Positions 60,937 to 64,000 of a stretch of 64,000 bases of DNA are shown here, one piece after another. Under the pieces are notes generated by a model. That model ran no database searches and was not told the origin of the DNA. It was given only the letters and a program-made list of their open reading frames with translations. A program made the position numbers and the translations under genes. Position 1 is the first letter of the stretch. Every line of letters begins with the position of its first letter. This DNA comes from Klebsormidium nitens. Lineage: Eukaryota > Plantae > Klebsormidiophyceae. The stretch is from positions 1 through 64,000 of the forward strand of contig DF237097.1 of NCBI GenBank assembly GCA_000708835.1, given 5' to 3'.

Positions 60937-63900
60937 ATGTTAGCACCATTCGCTGCAAACAATGGCTTCCCTGCAGACAGCAAGGTCTACAAGTTGGAGA
61001 AAGAGAGTGAGCTGAGATGCGAGGTGAGAGATCGACAGACAATGCTGTGAACGAGTCTGGAGAATGACCGTCCTGCAATTGATGGTCTTGGTGTTGTCCT
61101 GGGTGCTTCAAATTGACGAGCTTCGATCAATTTTTGCAGCTTTTATGATCTTCAAAAGTGTCATTTCAAGGCTTCTTCTAGCTTTCTTGAAGATAGAGAT
61201 CTTGCGCACATCAACCACATCAACCACTACCAAATCACTTTCATATGCCGCCTTGAGTTTATGGCACTAATTGCAATCCGCTTTTGGTCATATTATCTTG
61301 CTCGAGCACAAGTGAAGTCATGTCTTGCAGATGGACCAGGTTCTGCTTGGTTTCATTGGGTCAGACTTTATGTTACTGACTGAAACGTGGTCATGACAGC
61401 GAGCACGCACTGTGTGAAGGGGCTAGGATGAGTGCTTGAAAATGGTATGAGCAACACAATGTCACTTGATGTAATTTTAAGACATAAGCACGACGTTTGC
61501 AGGTCCCTTGGGATGGCCAGCTGACCGTAAAGCTGCTGGAGGGCGTTGCAGAGATCTTTGGGACCGAGATTGCTCAAGGCCAGGAGCTGCACTACAGAGG
61601 TGGCGACAAGTTTGCTGTAGGCGCACTGATTGATCCTTCTATTCTCCTTCAATCCTTGCCTGCTAATTCGCCTTTGCTGTAGTCCCAGGAAATGACTTGC
61701 ACCTCAGAGGTCAACCCCCCACAATCGGAGGCAATCTCAAAGTGAAAGCTTTCATCAAGTAGTTCAAGCTTTAAAAGAAACCTCAGATCCACTCGTTAAA
61801 GGAATGGTGGCACAGATAAAGCATAGACTACTCCAAAGAAACTTGTTTCGAGTCTTGGACACTGTATCAATGCAAATTGCGCTTTGCAGGTGTTTACATG
61901 GTATGGCGCTACTGTGGAGATAACTGGTCAGCCAGAGGTCAGCTATGTGGCAGATGAGGTGAGGCGTCAAGTTGACCACCTCAGCGCAGATGCCATAACA
62001 ACTGAGAAGATGTAGTTTAATCAGAGCTTGATGAAAAGGCTTTACTTTAAGAAGTGCAGCTGTAGCAAGGAAGAAGGATATGCAAGCATCCACTCATTGT
62101 TGCTTTGAAGATAGAACCTAGCCTTGCTTTTCTGGAACCAAAGGCAGATTCCACAATCGGGTTTGGGAACTGCGCTTCAAGGGCCCGACTTTTGCCATCT
62201 CTCCAGATACAGGTCCATAGTCGTTCAAAGCTTCAGAGAAAGGCAATTTGCTGACCCCCCGCAGACTCCAATGGTGAGCTACGTCAACACGCACGCAGTC
62301 CTGGAAGCCCGACGGCAGTCTGCTCGCGAAGCGTCCAGCGTCGACGGCGGTGCTGCTGGGGAGGAGACGCAGGGGCCGAGGACCATCATCGTTGGACCAA
62401 CGGATTCAGGTGCATGTTTTGTTCCCAGCCTCCTTCCCTGATTGGGGTGATGATGAGAGGCCCTAAAAATGGACTTGATGCTCCAGCCAGGCCCTGCTTT
62501 ACGAGCTCGGACCCCTTCAGAGGAGACACGTTTTTATATGCGTTGCTCGTTGTTCCTCAGGAACGCGAGAGGGTAGGACATGACCTTTTTCTTCTTCGAG
62601 TCTTTCTGATGCAGCGACCGCCTGCGACGCTTATTCCCTATTTCCCTGTGCTTGGTCGTCGCTTTTCGGCCGATCTGAATTATCCATGGGCGTTTCGGAA
62701 TCATGGCGTACTCCTCAAGGGCTTTATTCTGTATTATCATTCAAAAGAGAAGTCGTTGTCCCTTTTCCTTATTTTGTCAGGGACTTCCCTCTCGTCCCTC
62801 GTCAGTCCCCTCTATTCCTCTCCTTCTTTTCCTACCACAGGCAAGAGCACGCTCTGCAAGATTCTCCTCACCTACGCCGCCCGCCTTGGCTGGAAGCCCA
62901 CTCTAGTTGACCTCGACATCGGGCAGGGCCAGATCAGCATCCCGGGAACCATAGCAGCTACGCTCGTCGATAAGCCGGTGGACCCAATCGAGGGATACGA
63001 GATGGAGTCCCCGCTCGTATACTTCTACGGCCACGTGAGCCCGTCCGAGAACCCGGACCTGTACAGAACGCAGGTGGAGCAGCTGGCGAGCATGCTGGAG
63101 CGGCGGTTTGCGGGGAGCGCTGAGTATCGGAACGCCGGTGAGGTGTCCAAAGAAAGTCGGGGACCGTTCCTTTGTCGTAACCCTTTTCTTTTCGTCCGAA
63201 AACCTTTTCCTGTTGTCGATTAGCTTTTGAACTTTCTGACCTACTGCCTCCGTCAAAGTGCTTGCTTTCCTGTGGGACAGCCTGTCCAGAGTACGATCTG
63301 CTTCATTCGAACTGCAGACACAGAAACGAAATAGTTTTTCCGTCTTTGTTTCCAGATCCCAAAACGGATTCAAAGTCCTTTATGTTCCGCTTCGAAATAC
63401 TCTGGGTGATACCTTTCATCCAAATTGTTGGGTCTCCCTGTCTGAACGACATTCTTGCGTCCGCACAACATCTCCTCCGAACATGGTAGCCTGTCCGAAC
63501 AGCACTCCTTTTCGTCAAACCAGCACTGCTTACGTCCGAACAACAGTCATTTCCGTCCGAACGGCACTCCCTCCGTCCGAAAAGAGTCCCTTTCCGTCCG
63601 AACAGCAACTCCTTCCCGTCTGAATCGAACTCCGTTCCGTCCGAACAGGCGCCGTCATTAACGCCATGGGCTGGGTCGAGTCCCTCGGCTACGAGCTGCT
63701 CCTCCACGCCATCGAGACCTTCCGCATCGACGTCGTTCTCGTTATCGGCCAAGAGCGCCTCTTCAGCCAGCTGTCGTCACAATTCCACGGGCGCACGCGA
63801 CCCGACGGGAGCCGAATCGACGTCGTGAAGCTGAACAAGTCCGGAGGAGTTGTGAACCGCAACCCGAAGCACCGGCAGCGCACGCGCACCTCGCGCGTGC

Positions 63901-63971
63901 GAGAGTACTTCTACGGCATCGCTGGGGACCTGAGCCCGCACGCGATGACCGTCAGTTTTGCGGACGTCCAG
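60937..63971 (+). CDS. CLP1: CLP1 (RNA 5'-OH kinase / cleavage factor II subunit), 5' partial; exons 60937-61023, 61503-61616, 61890-61958, 62265-62409, 62841-63137, 63649-63971, continues beyond window
   Basis: KLEKESELRCEV, GVAEIFGTE, KFAVFTWYGA, ETPMVSYVNTH, Walker A GPTDSGKSTL, VDLDIGQG, VYFYGHVSP, GAVINAMGWVESLGYELLLH. Confidence 0.95.
63456..63648 (+). repeat. ~20-21-bp minisatellite (about 10 units) ending in the CLP1 exon-6 acceptor
   Basis: TCCGAAC and variants at about 63476, 63494, 63515, 63535, 63556, 63576, 63597, 63619 and 63640. The last unit supplies the AG at 63647-63648. Confidence 0.9.
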
Positions 63972-64000
63972 GTGAGGGCTGGGGGACGCAGGATTTCATG

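Noticed and set aside
63456-63648. CRISPR-like reading of the short repeat arrays (also 38814-39075 and 47703-47778)
   Set aside because: Units are contiguous and degenerate with no unique spacers, there are no cas genes, and all lie in eukaryotic introns.

Overview
Intron-rich eukaryotic nuclear DNA with GC-rich exons and GT-AG introns of about 0.3-2.4 kb. Gene content and style suggest a streptophyte green alga such as Klebsormidium (inference). Splice phases were checked by hand. Ten gene models are complete or near-complete: a SAM-methyltransferase-like gene, a plastid-type GNAT acetyltransferase, an intronless F-box/LRR gene, AATF/BFR2, a PTST2/FLO6-like starch-targeting protein, an FBXO21-like gene (F-box + Transglut_core2 + YccV), a dual-specificity phosphatase, the ADP-glucose pyrophosphorylase small subunit, an orphan secreted protein and a serine palmitoyltransferase small subunit. 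Two genes are partial: the last exon of a TFIIIC subunit 3-like gene and the 5' part of CLP1. Eight genes sit as four tight head-to-head pairs. Non-coding content includes two copies of a ~330-bp TIR MITE (TCA target duplication), a 180-bp TIR element (4-bp target duplication) inside a TpA/GGTACC-rich island, and several minisatellites. The most unusual signal is a recurring set of decayed 'echo' copies of exon-intron junctions inside the neighbouring intron, in four to six genes, mostly offset by 130-180 bp. No rRNA, intact tRNA, CRISPR array or intact transposase was found.
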